Assembly (NCBI GenBank): GCA_041665845.1 | Contig: JBAYIC010000001.1 | Location: 137,531 to 201,530 of the forward strand | Direction of reading: 5' to 3' | Origin: Patescibacteria group bacterium | GTDB taxonomy: Bacteria; Patescibacteriota; Patescibacteriia; Patescibacteriales; UBA12465 | Length of the DNA: 64,000 nucleotides | In this document: positions 26,198 through 35,066 of the stretch, in pieces | Layout: each line of letters starts with the position of its first letter | Numbering within the stretch: the first letter of the stretch is position 1 | The notes under the pieces: model-generated | The model's input: only the letters and a program-made list of their open reading frames with translations | The model's database searches: none | What the model was told of the DNA's origin: nothing | Translations under genes and position numbers: made by a program

Positions 26198-27130
26198 TTA
26201 TTTTTTAAAAACTAATAAATAGTGCCTATCTTTAATGGTTGGCTGGTCAAAACCTAAATCTTCCTCGCTATCTAATTGCCAACCATGCTGGGAAAAGCGT
26301 TCAATCCATTTCTGGGGAGTTTCAAAAGTACCAGGCACGGGCACATCAGCACTATGAAAGAGACGATTATATAAGTAATCGTTCATAAAGGTCCTGTCTT
26401 TATCTTGTTCCATAATCTCTTCTGTTTTACCGACCGGAACTGTTTCAAGAACTACAAGTTTATTTTTTACAATTCTATCAAGTTCGTTAAGTATTTTTTC
26501 GTTTTCTTTCTCATGATGAAGAACGTTTGTAAGTAATCCTGATCCATATTCTTTGTCGGCCACATCTACATGGCTACCATTGAAAAGTTTTATAGGAACA
26601 GTGATATTAGAGGCTTTATATAGACGAACATCCACGCCTTCAATATTTAAACCTAGCTTATCATGTAATATTTGCGTTATTTGACCATCTCCAGCTCCAT
26701 AATCAATAACCTTGTCCCCAGTATTTTTTAAATATGGTGAAACCTGCGTAGCAATTATTTTTGCCCTATCTATTAATTTTTCATGTAAAATCTCAATGAG
26801 ATTCTGCTCTTTATCGCCATTATCCAACTTTATATTTTCAAACACGCGCAAAGTCTCTTGCTCAATATCTAATAATGGTTTGCCGCCTAAAAGTAATTCA
26901 AAAACACGATTGCAAATTTTTTTTGCTTCGTCTGATGAAAGTCCTAGCTGTTCAAAGGTGTGCAAAAAATCTTTAGTCACCTTTTCTCGTGTTTCAATAT
27001 TATTAAGAGATTGTTCGATACGCTCTTTCATTACACTTAGTTCTTTCTCTTTTTCAAATGATTGTCCCGGCTCCATATTTAACTGTTCATTTCTCATAAT
27101 ATTTATTCTTTTATATGTATAAGCTATCAT
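26198..27130 (-). CDS. Class I SAM-dependent methyltransferase with an unrecognised N-terminal ~130 aa
   Basis: Motif I is VIDYGAGDGQITQIL. The post-I acidic residue is in IEGVDV. The start is uncertain, with alternative Met codons near the N-terminus. Confidence 0.8.
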   Translation of the reverse strand: MIAYTYKRINIMRNEQLNMEPGQSFEKEKELSVMKERIEQSLNNIETREKVTKDFLHTFEQLGLSSDEAKKICNRVFELLLGGKPLLDIEQETLRVFENIKLDNGDKEQNLIEILHEKLIDRAKIIATQVSPYLKNTGDKVIDYGAGDGQITQILHDKLGLNIEGVDVRLYKASNITVPIKLFNGSHVDVADKEYGSGLLTNVLHHEKENEKILNELDRIVKNKLVVLETVPVGKTEEIMEQDKDRTFMNDYLYNRLFHSADVPVPGTFETPQKWIERFSQHGWQLDSEEDLGFDQPTIKDRHYLLVFKK

Positions 27131-27278
27131 AAAGCAGCAATAAAATCAAAAAATAAGGCATTTAGGGGCTGTCCCAGTTAGGGCTATTTTAAATCCGCGG
27201 AAAGGGCGCAAACCAAGTCTTACTATTCAATTTATAAGCAAGATCTAAGGGGTCTTTTTAATAATTATCTTCTAGCTC

Positions 27279-27307
27279 TTGCCAAACCAAAAAAAATCTT
27301 TTATATT
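27279..27307 (+). promoter_or_regulatory. Sigma70-type promoter of tRNA-Thr
   Basis: TTGCCA, 17-nt spacer, TATATT, 16 nt upstream of the tRNA 5' end. Confidence 0.65.
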
Positions 27308-27323
27308 AACTATGTTAACAAAT

Positions 27324-27396
27324 GCCGACTTAGCTCAGCTGGTAGAGCAGCTGTCTTGTAAACAGCAGGTCGTCGGTCCGAGCCCGACAGTCGGCT
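27324..27396 (+). tRNA. tRNA-Thr (anticodon TGT), no encoded CCA, unusual T-loop
   Basis: The acceptor stem is GCCGACT/AGTCGGC. The anticodon arm is GCTGT-CTTGTAA-ACAGC. The T arm is GTCGG-TCCGAGC-CCGAC, with C at position 55. Confidence 0.88.
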
Positions 27397-27402
27397 CTAA
27401 AC

Positions 27403-27428
27403 AAAAACCGTCTCTTGACGGTTTTTTG
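27403..27428 (+). terminator. Intrinsic terminator after tRNA-Thr
   Basis: CCGTC-TCTT-GACGG hairpin followed by TTTTTT. Confidence 0.8.
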
Positions 27429-27544
27429 TTATTGTTAGTGTGGAAAAACAGCGTACAAACTGTGCTTTAAATTAGCTTGAAAAAAACAACTTATTAAGTT
27501 AAGATGATAAAACAAAGCAATTAGAAAATCTCACTTATACTAAT

Positions 27545-28942
27545 ATGGCTAACGAACAGAATTTGCTAGAAAAGGTTCCACCTAATAGTTTAGAGGCCGA
27601 AGAGTCTCTACTCGGTGCTCTTTTAATAGATAAGGATGCAATTGTTAAAGTAGCTGATAATTTAACCTCGGATGACTTTTATCGTGACGCTCATAAGATA
27701 ATCTTTGAGGCCATGCGAGAGCTATACAGCAATCAAGAGCCGATTGATATTATTACTCTTTCTAATCGTTTGGAAGATAAAAAACAATTAACGGTAATCG
27801 GCGGAAGAAGCTATTTAGCAAAACTTTCTAATACCGTTGCTACCTCCGGTAATATCGTTCACTATTCAAACATCATTCAAAAAAAAGCAACGCTTAGAAG
27901 ATTACAACAAGCGGCGGCGGAAATTTCTAACATCAGCTTCAATGAAGATCGAGATATAGACGAAATTTTGGATGAAACTGAAAAAAAAGTTTTTGGAGTT
28001 TCAAGAAAATATTTAAAGAACGCCTTTGTCCCAATTGATAATTTACTAACCGACGCTTTTGAACGAATTGATGATTTGCATAAACAAAGCGGTAAATTAC
28101 GTGGACTATCTACCGGCTTCCCTGATTTAGATAATGTTTTAGCGGGTTTGCAAAAATCTGATTTAATTATTTTAGCTGCTCGTCCTTCGGTCGGAAAAAC
28201 TTCATTTGCCCTTGATATCGCTCGCCAAGCCGCGATAAAAAGTAAGGAGGGCGTCGGTATATTTTCTTTAGAAATGAGTAAAGAACAATTAGTCGATCGT
28301 ATGCTTTGTTCTCAAGCTAATGTTAGTTTATGGAAAATGAGAACCGGGAATTTATCTGATAAGGAGGGTGATAATGATTTTGCTAAAATCGGTGAAGCGA
28401 TGGGTAAGCTAGCCGAAGCGCCTATATATATTGATGATTCTGGAACTTTATCAATTATGGAAATAAGAGCTAAAGCAAGACGCTTACAGATGGAAAAAGG
28501 CTTAGGCTTGATAGTTATCGACTATTTACAATTAATGGAAGGACGGGGCAAATACGGCGATAATCGAGTTCAGGAGATCGCCGAGATAAGTCGTGGTTTA
28601 AAATCTATTGCGCGCGAATTAAATATTCCGATTTTAGCCCTGGCGCAGTTATCTCGGGCGGTTGAAGCAATCAGTCCGGCAATTCCTAAACTTTCTCATT
28701 TACGTGATTCCGGTTCAATTGAACAAGACGCTGATATCGTAATGTTTATTTATCGTAAAGCGGCTGATCGTAGCTTTAATCCAAATGACTTACCAATGGA
28801 TGAAAGACATAAAGCTGAAATTCATATTGCTAAACACCGAAATGGCCCGACCGGAAAAGTTGATTTATTCTTTGATGAAAATACTGTTAGCTTTAAGAGT
28901 TTAAGTCGTCAACCAGAAGGGCCAGCTCCAGTAGAATTTTAA
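27545..28942 (+). CDS. dnaB: Replicative DNA helicase DnaB
   Basis: PPNSLEAEESLLGALL N-terminus, Walker A ARPSVGKTSFAL, and the IVIDYLQLM and RDSGSIEQDAD motifs. Confidence 0.97.
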   Translation: MANEQNLLEKVPPNSLEAEESLLGALLIDKDAIVKVADNLTSDDFYRDAHKIIFEAMRELYSNQEPIDIITLSNRLEDKKQLTVIGGRSYLAKLSNTVATSGNIVHYSNIIQKKATLRRLQQAAAEISNISFNEDRDIDEILDETEKKVFGVSRKYLKNAFVPIDNLLTDAFERIDDLHKQSGKLRGLSTGFPDLDNVLAGLQKSDLIILAARPSVGKTSFALDIARQAAIKSKEGVGIFSLEMSKEQLVDRMLCSQANVSLWKMRTGNLSDKEGDNDFAKIGEAMGKLAEAPIYIDDSGTLSIMEIRAKARRLQMEKGLGLIVIDYLQLMEGRGKYGDNRVQEIAEISRGLKSIARELNIPILALAQLSRAVEAISPAIPKLSHLRDSGSIEQDADIVMFIYRKAADRSFNPNDLPMDERHKAEIHIAKHRNGPTGKVDLFFDENTVSFKSLSRQPEGPAPVEF

Positions 28943-28977
28943 TTTAATAAAACTTTAAAAAATAATTATAAATAAAT

Positions 28978-29253
28978 ATGTTCAGTAAATTAAAACAATT
29001 TCGCGATCTAAGAAGCCAAGCTAAAACTATGCAAGATGCTCTTGCTCAAGAAACAATAACCGAAGAAAGAAATGGCGTTAAAATAGTATTAAATGGTAAC
29101 ATGGAAGTTGTTAGTATAAACTTAAATGAAAGTTTAAATAAATCAGCCCAAGAAGAAGCGACTAAGAATTGCTTTAACGAAGCCGTAAAAAAAGCCCAAC
29201 GCTTAATGGCTAAAAAGCTTCAAGATATGGGAGGAATCCCGGGCCTAAACTAG
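28978..29253 (+). CDS. ybaB: YbaB/EbfC-family nucleoid-associated protein
   Basis: 91 aa. The N-terminus MFSKLKQFRDLRSQAKTMQDAL and the position upstream of recR are both typical. Confidence 0.85.
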   Translation: MFSKLKQFRDLRSQAKTMQDALAQETITEERNGVKIVLNGNMEVVSINLNESLNKSAQEEATKNCFNEAVKKAQRLMAKKLQDMGGIPGLN

Positions 29254-29272
29254 AGTTACAAATTTAAATTAA

Positions 29273-29869
29273 ATGAGATACCCGCTAGCTATTCAAAATT
29301 TAATAGAAAGACTATCTTTTTTACCAAGCGTCGGCCCTAAAACAGCCGAACGCTATGCTTTCTATCTTTTAAATCAAAGCGAGGAAAGATTAGATAACTT
29401 AGCACAAGCGATAAAAGAACTAAAACAAAAAACCACTCTTTGCAAAACCTGCTTCTCGGTTTCAACTAATAATCCCTGCCCTATTTGCGCCGACCCTTTG
29501 CGTCATAAAAATTTTTTATGTATTGTGGAAAATATCCAAGACTTAGCCGCAATTGAATCGACTAAACAATATGATGGTTTATATTTTGTATTAGGAGGTT
29601 TGATAAATACCATTGAAGGTGTGGGACCGGAAGATTTGAATATTGACAAGCTAGCTAAACTGATACAAACCGAGGAAATTAAAGAAATTATTTTAGCTCT
29701 TAATTTCACCTTAGAGGGCGAAACAACCTCGTTATACCTAAGCAAAATTCTTAAAAATCATGTTAAGATTACTAGACTAGCAAAAGGACTACCGGCTGGA
29801 TCGGATTTAGAGTATGCTGATGAAACTACTTTATCCAGTGCTTTAAAATATCGTAATGAAATAAAATAA
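29273..29869 (+). CDS. recR: Recombination protein RecR
   Basis: Helix-hairpin-helix LPSVGPKTAERYAF, Cys4 zinc finger CKTC...CPIC, and a Toprim domain. Confidence 0.96.
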   Translation: MRYPLAIQNLIERLSFLPSVGPKTAERYAFYLLNQSEERLDNLAQAIKELKQKTTLCKTCFSVSTNNPCPICADPLRHKNFLCIVENIQDLAAIESTKQYDGLYFVLGGLINTIEGVGPEDLNIDKLAKLIQTEEIKEIILALNFTLEGETTSLYLSKILKNHVKITRLAKGLPAGSDLEYADETTLSSALKYRNEIK

Positions 29870-29900
29870 ATATATAACACCTAAGAAAGGAGAAAGAACA

Positions 29901-30173
29901 ATGGTAACATTAACAATTATCGGGATTATAATTTTTTTAGCTTTAACGCTTGGGATATTTTATATTATTGGGCTCTTTAGTACTAGGGTATCAGGTCATG
30001 TAGACTTGGTGCTATTTGCTATCACCAATTTAAACCCTAATCTGAAAAATGCCCGCCAAGTGCCAAAAAAATTAACAAAATTAGTCAAAGTCTTGTTTTA
30101 CAAAAAACGACTATTTATAAGTAAAGTAAAAACAAGAAGAATACTAAAAGCCAAACAAAAAAACCGCCTATAA
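29901..30173 (+). CDS. Small hypothetical membrane protein with a highly basic C-terminus
   Basis: A GGAGA ribosome-binding site lies upstream. One TM helix is followed by a Lys/Arg-rich tail. Confidence 0.5.
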   Translation: MVTLTIIGIIIFLALTLGIFYIIGLFSTRVSGHVDLVLFAITNLNPNLKNARQVPKKLTKLVKVLFYKKRLFISKVKTRRILKAKQKNRL

Positions 30174-30218
30174 AAATAAATCAAAGCGGTTTTTTATTTA
30201 TAAATCTAATTAACGAGT

Positions 30219-30527
30219 TTAAGCGATTTTAACAATTTTTAAAGCAGTAAATCTTTGACGATGGCCAACGGTCTTCTTGTAACGAGTTTTGTTCTTGTAT
30301 TTAACAACTGTTACTTTATCTCCCTTACCACTTTCTAGAACTTCAACCTCGACTTTCTCGCCGAGTGATGGCTGGCCAATTTCAATCTTATCACCATCAG
30401 CAATTAAAAGAGTGTCCAATAAAATTTTGGCTCCATTTTCTGCTTCTAGCTTTTCAACTTTTAAAGTTTCACCTTCTGCGACTTTATATTGTTTGCCACC
30501 AGTTTTGATGACTGCGATTTTTGACAT
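30219..30527 (-). CDS. rplU: 50S ribosomal protein L21
   Basis: MSKIAVIKTGGKQYKVAEGETLKVEKL...GHRQRFTALKI. Confidence 0.96.
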   Translation of the reverse strand: MSKIAVIKTGGKQYKVAEGETLKVEKLEAENGAKILLDTLLIADGDKIEIGQPSLGEKVEVEVLESGKGDKVTVVKYKNKTRYKKTVGHRQRFTALKIVKIA

Positions 30528-30728
30528 ATGTCTTGTAAACGCGCTAACTTAAGTCTAAGTTTTAAATCAGCGTCTTTTATAATAAAAAATCAGAGTTAAT
30601 TTCTGAACAAGTTAATATTATACAAATATTTGAAAAATGTCAACAAATGATTTATAGTGATTATGATAATAAGGTTTAAAGCTCAAAAGTCATAAACAAC
30701 AACTTATTAAGATTTTGTCAATATAATT

Positions 30729-31988
30729 ATGCCTAAATTCATTATTAACGGAGGGAAAGCCTTATCAGGAGAAATATCGGTCGGCGGCGCTAAAAACAAT
30801 GCTCAAATCATGCTACCCGTTTCCCTGCTTTCTACAGAAACCATCAAAATAACCAATTTACCTGATATAGACGGGGTGGATAAGTCCTTGGAATTATTAC
30901 AAGATTTAGGGGCGGAAATCGTTAGGGGTAAGAATACGGTTGAAATTAATACCGCTAAAATAACTAAAACTGAATTAGATGCTAAGATTGCTGACAAATT
31001 CAGAACTTCAGTCATGTTTGTCGGACCGCTTTTAGCACGTTTTGGAAAAGTTAGTTTCCCTCATCCGGGGGGATGTGTTATCGGCGCTAGTGGCCGTCCG
31101 ATAGATTTATTTATTGAAGGTTACGAAGCGATGGGAGCAAAAGTCGAAATAGGAGAAAAATTCTATTATATTAGTGCTGATAAACTTCATAACTGCGAAT
31201 ATTTTTTTACAACCGTTAGTGTAACTGGGACTCAGAGTCTTATAATGACTGCATGTCTTATACCAGGAAAAACTATTCTGAAAAATTGTGCTATGGAACC
31301 GGAAATTGAAGCACTAGCTATATACTTAAATAACCAAGGAGCAAATATCCAGGGCGCAGGAACGCCGACTATTATTATTGAAGGAGTAGAAAAAATAAAA
31401 GCTGGTGATTGTAAAATTATTCCTGATCGAATGGAGACTGGATCTTTTGCTTTACTTGCCGCGGCAACTAAATCAGAAATTAAAATAACAAATTGTTGTC
31501 CAGACCATATTCTTAATCTCTTAAATATATTTAAAAAAATCGGAGTTAATTACGAAGTCGGTTTAGATTGGTTACTAATTAAAAAATCAAATAATATAAA
31601 ATCATACGGAATCAAAACCCATGAGTATCCCGGCTTTCCAACCGACCTTCAATCGCCCTACGCCGTTTTGATGACTCAAACCCATGGCGTTGCGTTAATT
31701 CAAGAAACTATTTATGATAGGAGATTAATTTGGACCGATATGCTTTCCCAAATGGGCGCTAATATTATTATGTGCGACCCACATCGAGTGGTAATTAGTG
31801 GTCCAACTCAATTATTTGGCAAAAAAATTATCAGTCCAGACATCCGTGCTGGTATTGCCCTGGTTATTGCCGCCCTGACCGCTGCCGGAACAACAGAAAT
31901 AGATAACATCTATCAAATCGACCGCGGTTATGAAAAACTCGATGAAAGATTGAGACTTATCGGCGCCGATATTAGCCGCGTAGAATAA
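30729..31988 (+). CDS. murA: UDP-N-acetylglucosamine 1-carboxyvinyltransferase
   Basis: GGAKNNA, the active-site segment HPGGCVIGASGRPIDL, and length and colinearity with MurA. Confidence 0.96.
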   Translation: MPKFIINGGKALSGEISVGGAKNNAQIMLPVSLLSTETIKITNLPDIDGVDKSLELLQDLGAEIVRGKNTVEINTAKITKTELDAKIADKFRTSVMFVGPLLARFGKVSFPHPGGCVIGASGRPIDLFIEGYEAMGAKVEIGEKFYYISADKLHNCEYFFTTVSVTGTQSLIMTACLIPGKTILKNCAMEPEIEALAIYLNNQGANIQGAGTPTIIIEGVEKIKAGDCKIIPDRMETGSFALLAAATKSEIKITNCCPDHILNLLNIFKKIGVNYEVGLDWLLIKKSNNIKSYGIKTHEYPGFPTDLQSPYAVLMTQTHGVALIQETIYDRRLIWTDMLSQMGANIIMCDPHRVVISGPTQLFGKKIISPDIRAGIALVIAALTAAGTTEIDNIYQIDRGYEKLDERLRLIGADISRVE

Positions 31989-31992
31989 CTTT

Positions 31993-33321
31993 ATGTCAAA
32001 AAAAACTAGAGATTTTCTGTTTTTCGCTTTTGTTACCATATTTATTGTGATGACCGTTCTTATTTCCTTATACGCCTCGGGATACAAATTTAATTTAACT
32101 TGGCCCCTTAAATTTAATCGCCTTTTACAAAAAACCGGGATGCTTAATGTTTCTACTCTACCAAAAAATGCAACTATATTTTTAAACGATAAACCGCAAA
32201 AAAAATCTCCTTTCAGCCTTTTGAAAAAAGACTTTATTGCTACACCGGCGAAGATAAAAAATATCTTACCGGGCGAATATACCCTTAAGCTAGAAAGAGA
32301 AAATTATTGGCCGTTTGAAAGAAAAATCAAAATTGAATCAGGCCAAACAACATTTGCTGAAGATATAAATCTATTTCGTTCGGATATTCCTTTATTAGTC
32401 TATCCTGATGAAAATAATAATCCCATACTAAGTGATAATGGTCGCTACCTATATTTAAGCGAGCAAGGAAAAATAATTAATCTAAAGGATGGATCTGTAT
32501 CGTCTCTTACGGCTGGGGAAAATATGATTGGCCGTTGGATAAAAAATAGTAATAGACTTTTTATAAATGGAAAAATATTAGATCCTGAAAAAAATAATGA
32601 AAATAATATTGCCGCTACCTTAGGCCAAAAAATAGCGATTTGGTATTATAACGACTTCGATGGACTAGTTTATTATTCTAACGGAGAATCAATTAACCGC
32701 TTAGAGGCTGATAATCGTACTATTTCAACCTTAATAAAAGGTGAGAAATATTTAGATTTTGAACCAAGAAATGATAATATTTTTGTAATTGTAAAAAATG
32801 AAAACAAAATAACATTAAAAAGCTATTTGATAAAAACTGGAACAAAAATTGGTGAAATAGAATTGCCGGCAATTGGAAATTATATTTTTAAACAAGAGAA
32901 CGAAAAAAGAATTTGTCTTTACGATCAAAAGAATTTAACTCTTTATCTTATTGATCCAGCTAATCTGAAGGACTACTATGTTATTAAGGGAATAAAAAGT
33001 TGGGCTTGGATTAGCGATGAAGATTTGATTTATAACAGCGATTGGGAAATAAATGTTTTTAGCCTTAAAAATGGGCAAGCAACTTTAGTGACTCGTGTTA
33101 GTGAGGCAATTGATAATCTTGTTTGGCATAAAAATGGGCGTTACTTTATTTTTTCAACCGAGACTTCATTAAATGCCTCTGATCTGCAGACTGGAACAAC
33201 TATAAAAATATTTAATTCTGAAAAAATCTCCGCGCCGGTTCTAGATGAAAAAAATAACCTATTATACTTTTACGCTAAAATCGGTCAACAGTCGGGAGTA
33301 TATAAATTATTATTGCAGTAA
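31993..33321 (+). CDS. Membrane-anchored PEGA-domain protein with a probable beta-propeller-like C-terminal region
   Basis: N-terminal TM helix. The PEGA-like segment is NATIFLNDKPQ...TPAKIKNILPGEYTLKLERENYWPFERKI. Confidence 0.7.
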   Translation: MSKKTRDFLFFAFVTIFIVMTVLISLYASGYKFNLTWPLKFNRLLQKTGMLNVSTLPKNATIFLNDKPQKKSPFSLLKKDFIATPAKIKNILPGEYTLKLERENYWPFERKIKIESGQTTFAEDINLFRSDIPLLVYPDENNNPILSDNGRYLYLSEQGKIINLKDGSVSSLTAGENMIGRWIKNSNRLFINGKILDPEKNNENNIAATLGQKIAIWYYNDFDGLVYYSNGESINRLEADNRTISTLIKGEKYLDFEPRNDNIFVIVKNENKITLKSYLIKTGTKIGEIELPAIGNYIFKQENEKRICLYDQKNLTLYLIDPANLKDYYVIKGIKSWAWISDEDLIYNSDWEINVFSLKNGQATLVTRVSEAIDNLVWHKNGRYFIFSTETSLNASDLQTGTTIKIFNSEKISAPVLDEKNNLLYFYAKIGQQSGVYKLLLQ

Positions 33322-33411
33322 TGGTTAGCTAGTTATCATATTATCACCCTACATTCGTTAGAAAAATATACTGATTATAAATACGAAAAAGAACCTTTAA
33401 AATTTAAGAAA

Positions 33412-34098
33412 ATGGATTTGCAAAAACCAAAAGTACTTATTTTTGCCTCCGGAACTAAAAACGGCGGCGGCTCAGGATTTAGAAATTTAATCCTACAAAA
33501 TCGCCGAGGCGTAACTTCAATAAATTACGTCGGCGTAGTCTCAAATCATGAAAATGGAGGCGTGCGAGATATTGCCGAAGAACTGGGCATACCTTTCTAC
33601 TATTCTCCAACATCTTCTTGGACGGCGGAAAAATATCAAGAAGTTGCCGCTAGATCAGGCGCTGATTATTTTGCGCTTTCTGGTTGGATGATTAAAATAA
33701 AAGGCTTGGATTTAAATACCAAGTTTAATCAAAAAACTGTTTTTAATATCCACCCCGCTCCTCTTCCTCGCTTCGGCGGTCAAGGAATGTATGGCATACA
33801 TGCTCATGAAGCTGTTTGGGCTTCATTTCTTATGGGCGAAATAACCGAAACGGAAATTACTATGCATTTTGTGGATGAAGAATTTGACCACGGATTAGTA
33901 ATTTTTCGTTTACATATCTCATTTGAAGGGGTAAATAGTCCTGAAGAACTGGCTCAAAAAGTAAACAAATACGAACACATGTACCAGGCCTATATTACCA
34001 ATCTAATAGTAAACGGATTACTATCCTGGGACGGAATAAACCCAGAATCACTAATCGTTCCGCTATCCTATCAAATCGATCATAAAGTTGCAGCATGA
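33412..34098 (+). CDS. PurN-like formyltransferase (phosphoribosylglycinamide formyltransferase family)
   Basis: KVLIFASGTKNGGGSGFRNL and NIHPAPLPRFGG...HFVDEEFDHGLVI, which contains the formyltransferase catalytic His/Asp segment. Confidence 0.75.
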   Translation: MDLQKPKVLIFASGTKNGGGSGFRNLILQNRRGVTSINYVGVVSNHENGGVRDIAEELGIPFYYSPTSSWTAEKYQEVAARSGADYFALSGWMIKIKGLDLNTKFNQKTVFNIHPAPLPRFGGQGMYGIHAHEAVWASFLMGEITETEITMHFVDEEFDHGLVIFRLHISFEGVNSPEELAQKVNKYEHMYQAYITNLIVNGLLSWDGINPESLIVPLSYQIDHKVAA

Positions 34099-34107
34099 CA
34101 AATTAAA

Positions 34108-34139
34108 CAAAAAGGAGGCCCAACCAGCCCCCTTTTTTA
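34108..34139. terminator. Bidirectional intrinsic terminator between convergent genes
   Basis: AAAAAGGAGGC...GCCCCCTTTTTT, an imperfect 6-bp GC stem flanked by A and T runs. Confidence 0.55.
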
Positions 34140-34166
34140 ATCTTTAAATGAGTATATTTTAAATGT

Positions 34167-35045
34167 TTATTTCTTCGTGCTTAATTCATTAATTAATGCT
34201 TGCAGTCTATCTTTTACTTCTTCGTGCTTTAAGCCAAGCTTAAGCGTCGCTTTAATAAAATTAAATTTATTGCCAGTATCCAACCACTCGCCTTCGATCT
34301 TTTTACCGTAAAGCGGTTTATTTTGTTGAAGCATCTCATCATAAGCATCGGCTAATCTTATTTCACCAGATTTACCACTTTTCATTTTACTTAAAATTTC
34401 CATTACCTCCGGAGTAATAATATTAATCCCAACTTGAACTAAATTAGACGGTGCTTCGCTAATTTTTGGCTTTTCAATAAATTCTTTTACCTCATAAACT
34501 CCACCACCTAAATCAGTTCCGCCCATTACTCCAAATTGACTAACTTCTTCCGGATTCACTTCAGATAAACCAATAACCGTACTACCATATTTTTCATAAA
34601 CATCGATCACTTGTTTTACCGGTGAAATTTCTGCATCATATAAAGTATCGCCGAACATTACTAAAACCGCTTCATCTTTACCAATTAAATGAGACGCACA
34701 TAAAACTGCATGCCCGTCTCCTAGAGGAATCGGTTGGCGTACATAAGAAAATTTTGCTAAATTTTCAATTTCTTGTACTTTTTTCACTAAATCTAACTTA
34801 TTCTTTTCTACTAAAGTTTTCTCGAGTTCAAAAGAGTAATCAAAATGATCTTCAATCGCCCTCTTACCGCGTCCGGTTACAAAAATTATTTCTTCAATCC
34901 CAGCTGCCACTGCTTGTTCAACTAAATATTGAATAACTGGCTTATCAACGACTGTCAACATCTCTTTGGGCTGAGCTTTAGTTGCTGGTAAGAAACGAGT
35001 ACCAAAGCCGGCGACGGGAAAAATTGCTTTTTTTATCTTTTGCAT
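34167..35045 (-). CDS. galU: UTP-glucose-1-phosphate uridylyltransferase
   Basis: KAIFPVAGFGTRFLPATKAQPKEML and VEKP-type motifs. Confidence 0.95.
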   Translation of the reverse strand: MQKIKKAIFPVAGFGTRFLPATKAQPKEMLTVVDKPVIQYLVEQAVAAGIEEIIFVTGRGKRAIEDHFDYSFELEKTLVEKNKLDLVKKVQEIENLAKFSYVRQPIPLGDGHAVLCASHLIGKDEAVLVMFGDTLYDAEISPVKQVIDVYEKYGSTVIGLSEVNPEEVSQFGVMGGTDLGGGVYEVKEFIEKPKISEAPSNLVQVGINIITPEVMEILSKMKSGKSGEIRLADAYDEMLQQNKPLYGKKIEGEWLDTGNKFNFIKATLKLGLKHEEVKDRLQALINELSTKK

Positions 35046-35066
35046 ATTATTTAAATTAATTAAAAT

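Noticed and set aside
27131-27278. Intergenic stretch with GGGGCTGTCCC and CCGCGGAAAGGGCG segments, considered as a small RNA such as an SRP-like RNA
   Set aside because: It has no recognisable conserved RNA motif and only a weak 5-bp hairpin at its end. It most likely holds the promoter region of the methyltransferase gene on the minus strand.
21709-27396. Calling the tRNA-bounded block a mobile genomic island
   Set aside because: No integrase, recombinase or transposase was found, and no direct repeats of either tRNA 3' end. It is reported only as an accessory or variable-looking region, not annotated as a mobile element.
27279-27470. 63-aa plus-strand ORF in the track
   Set aside because: It runs straight through tRNA-Thr and its terminator, so the tRNA explains the sequence.
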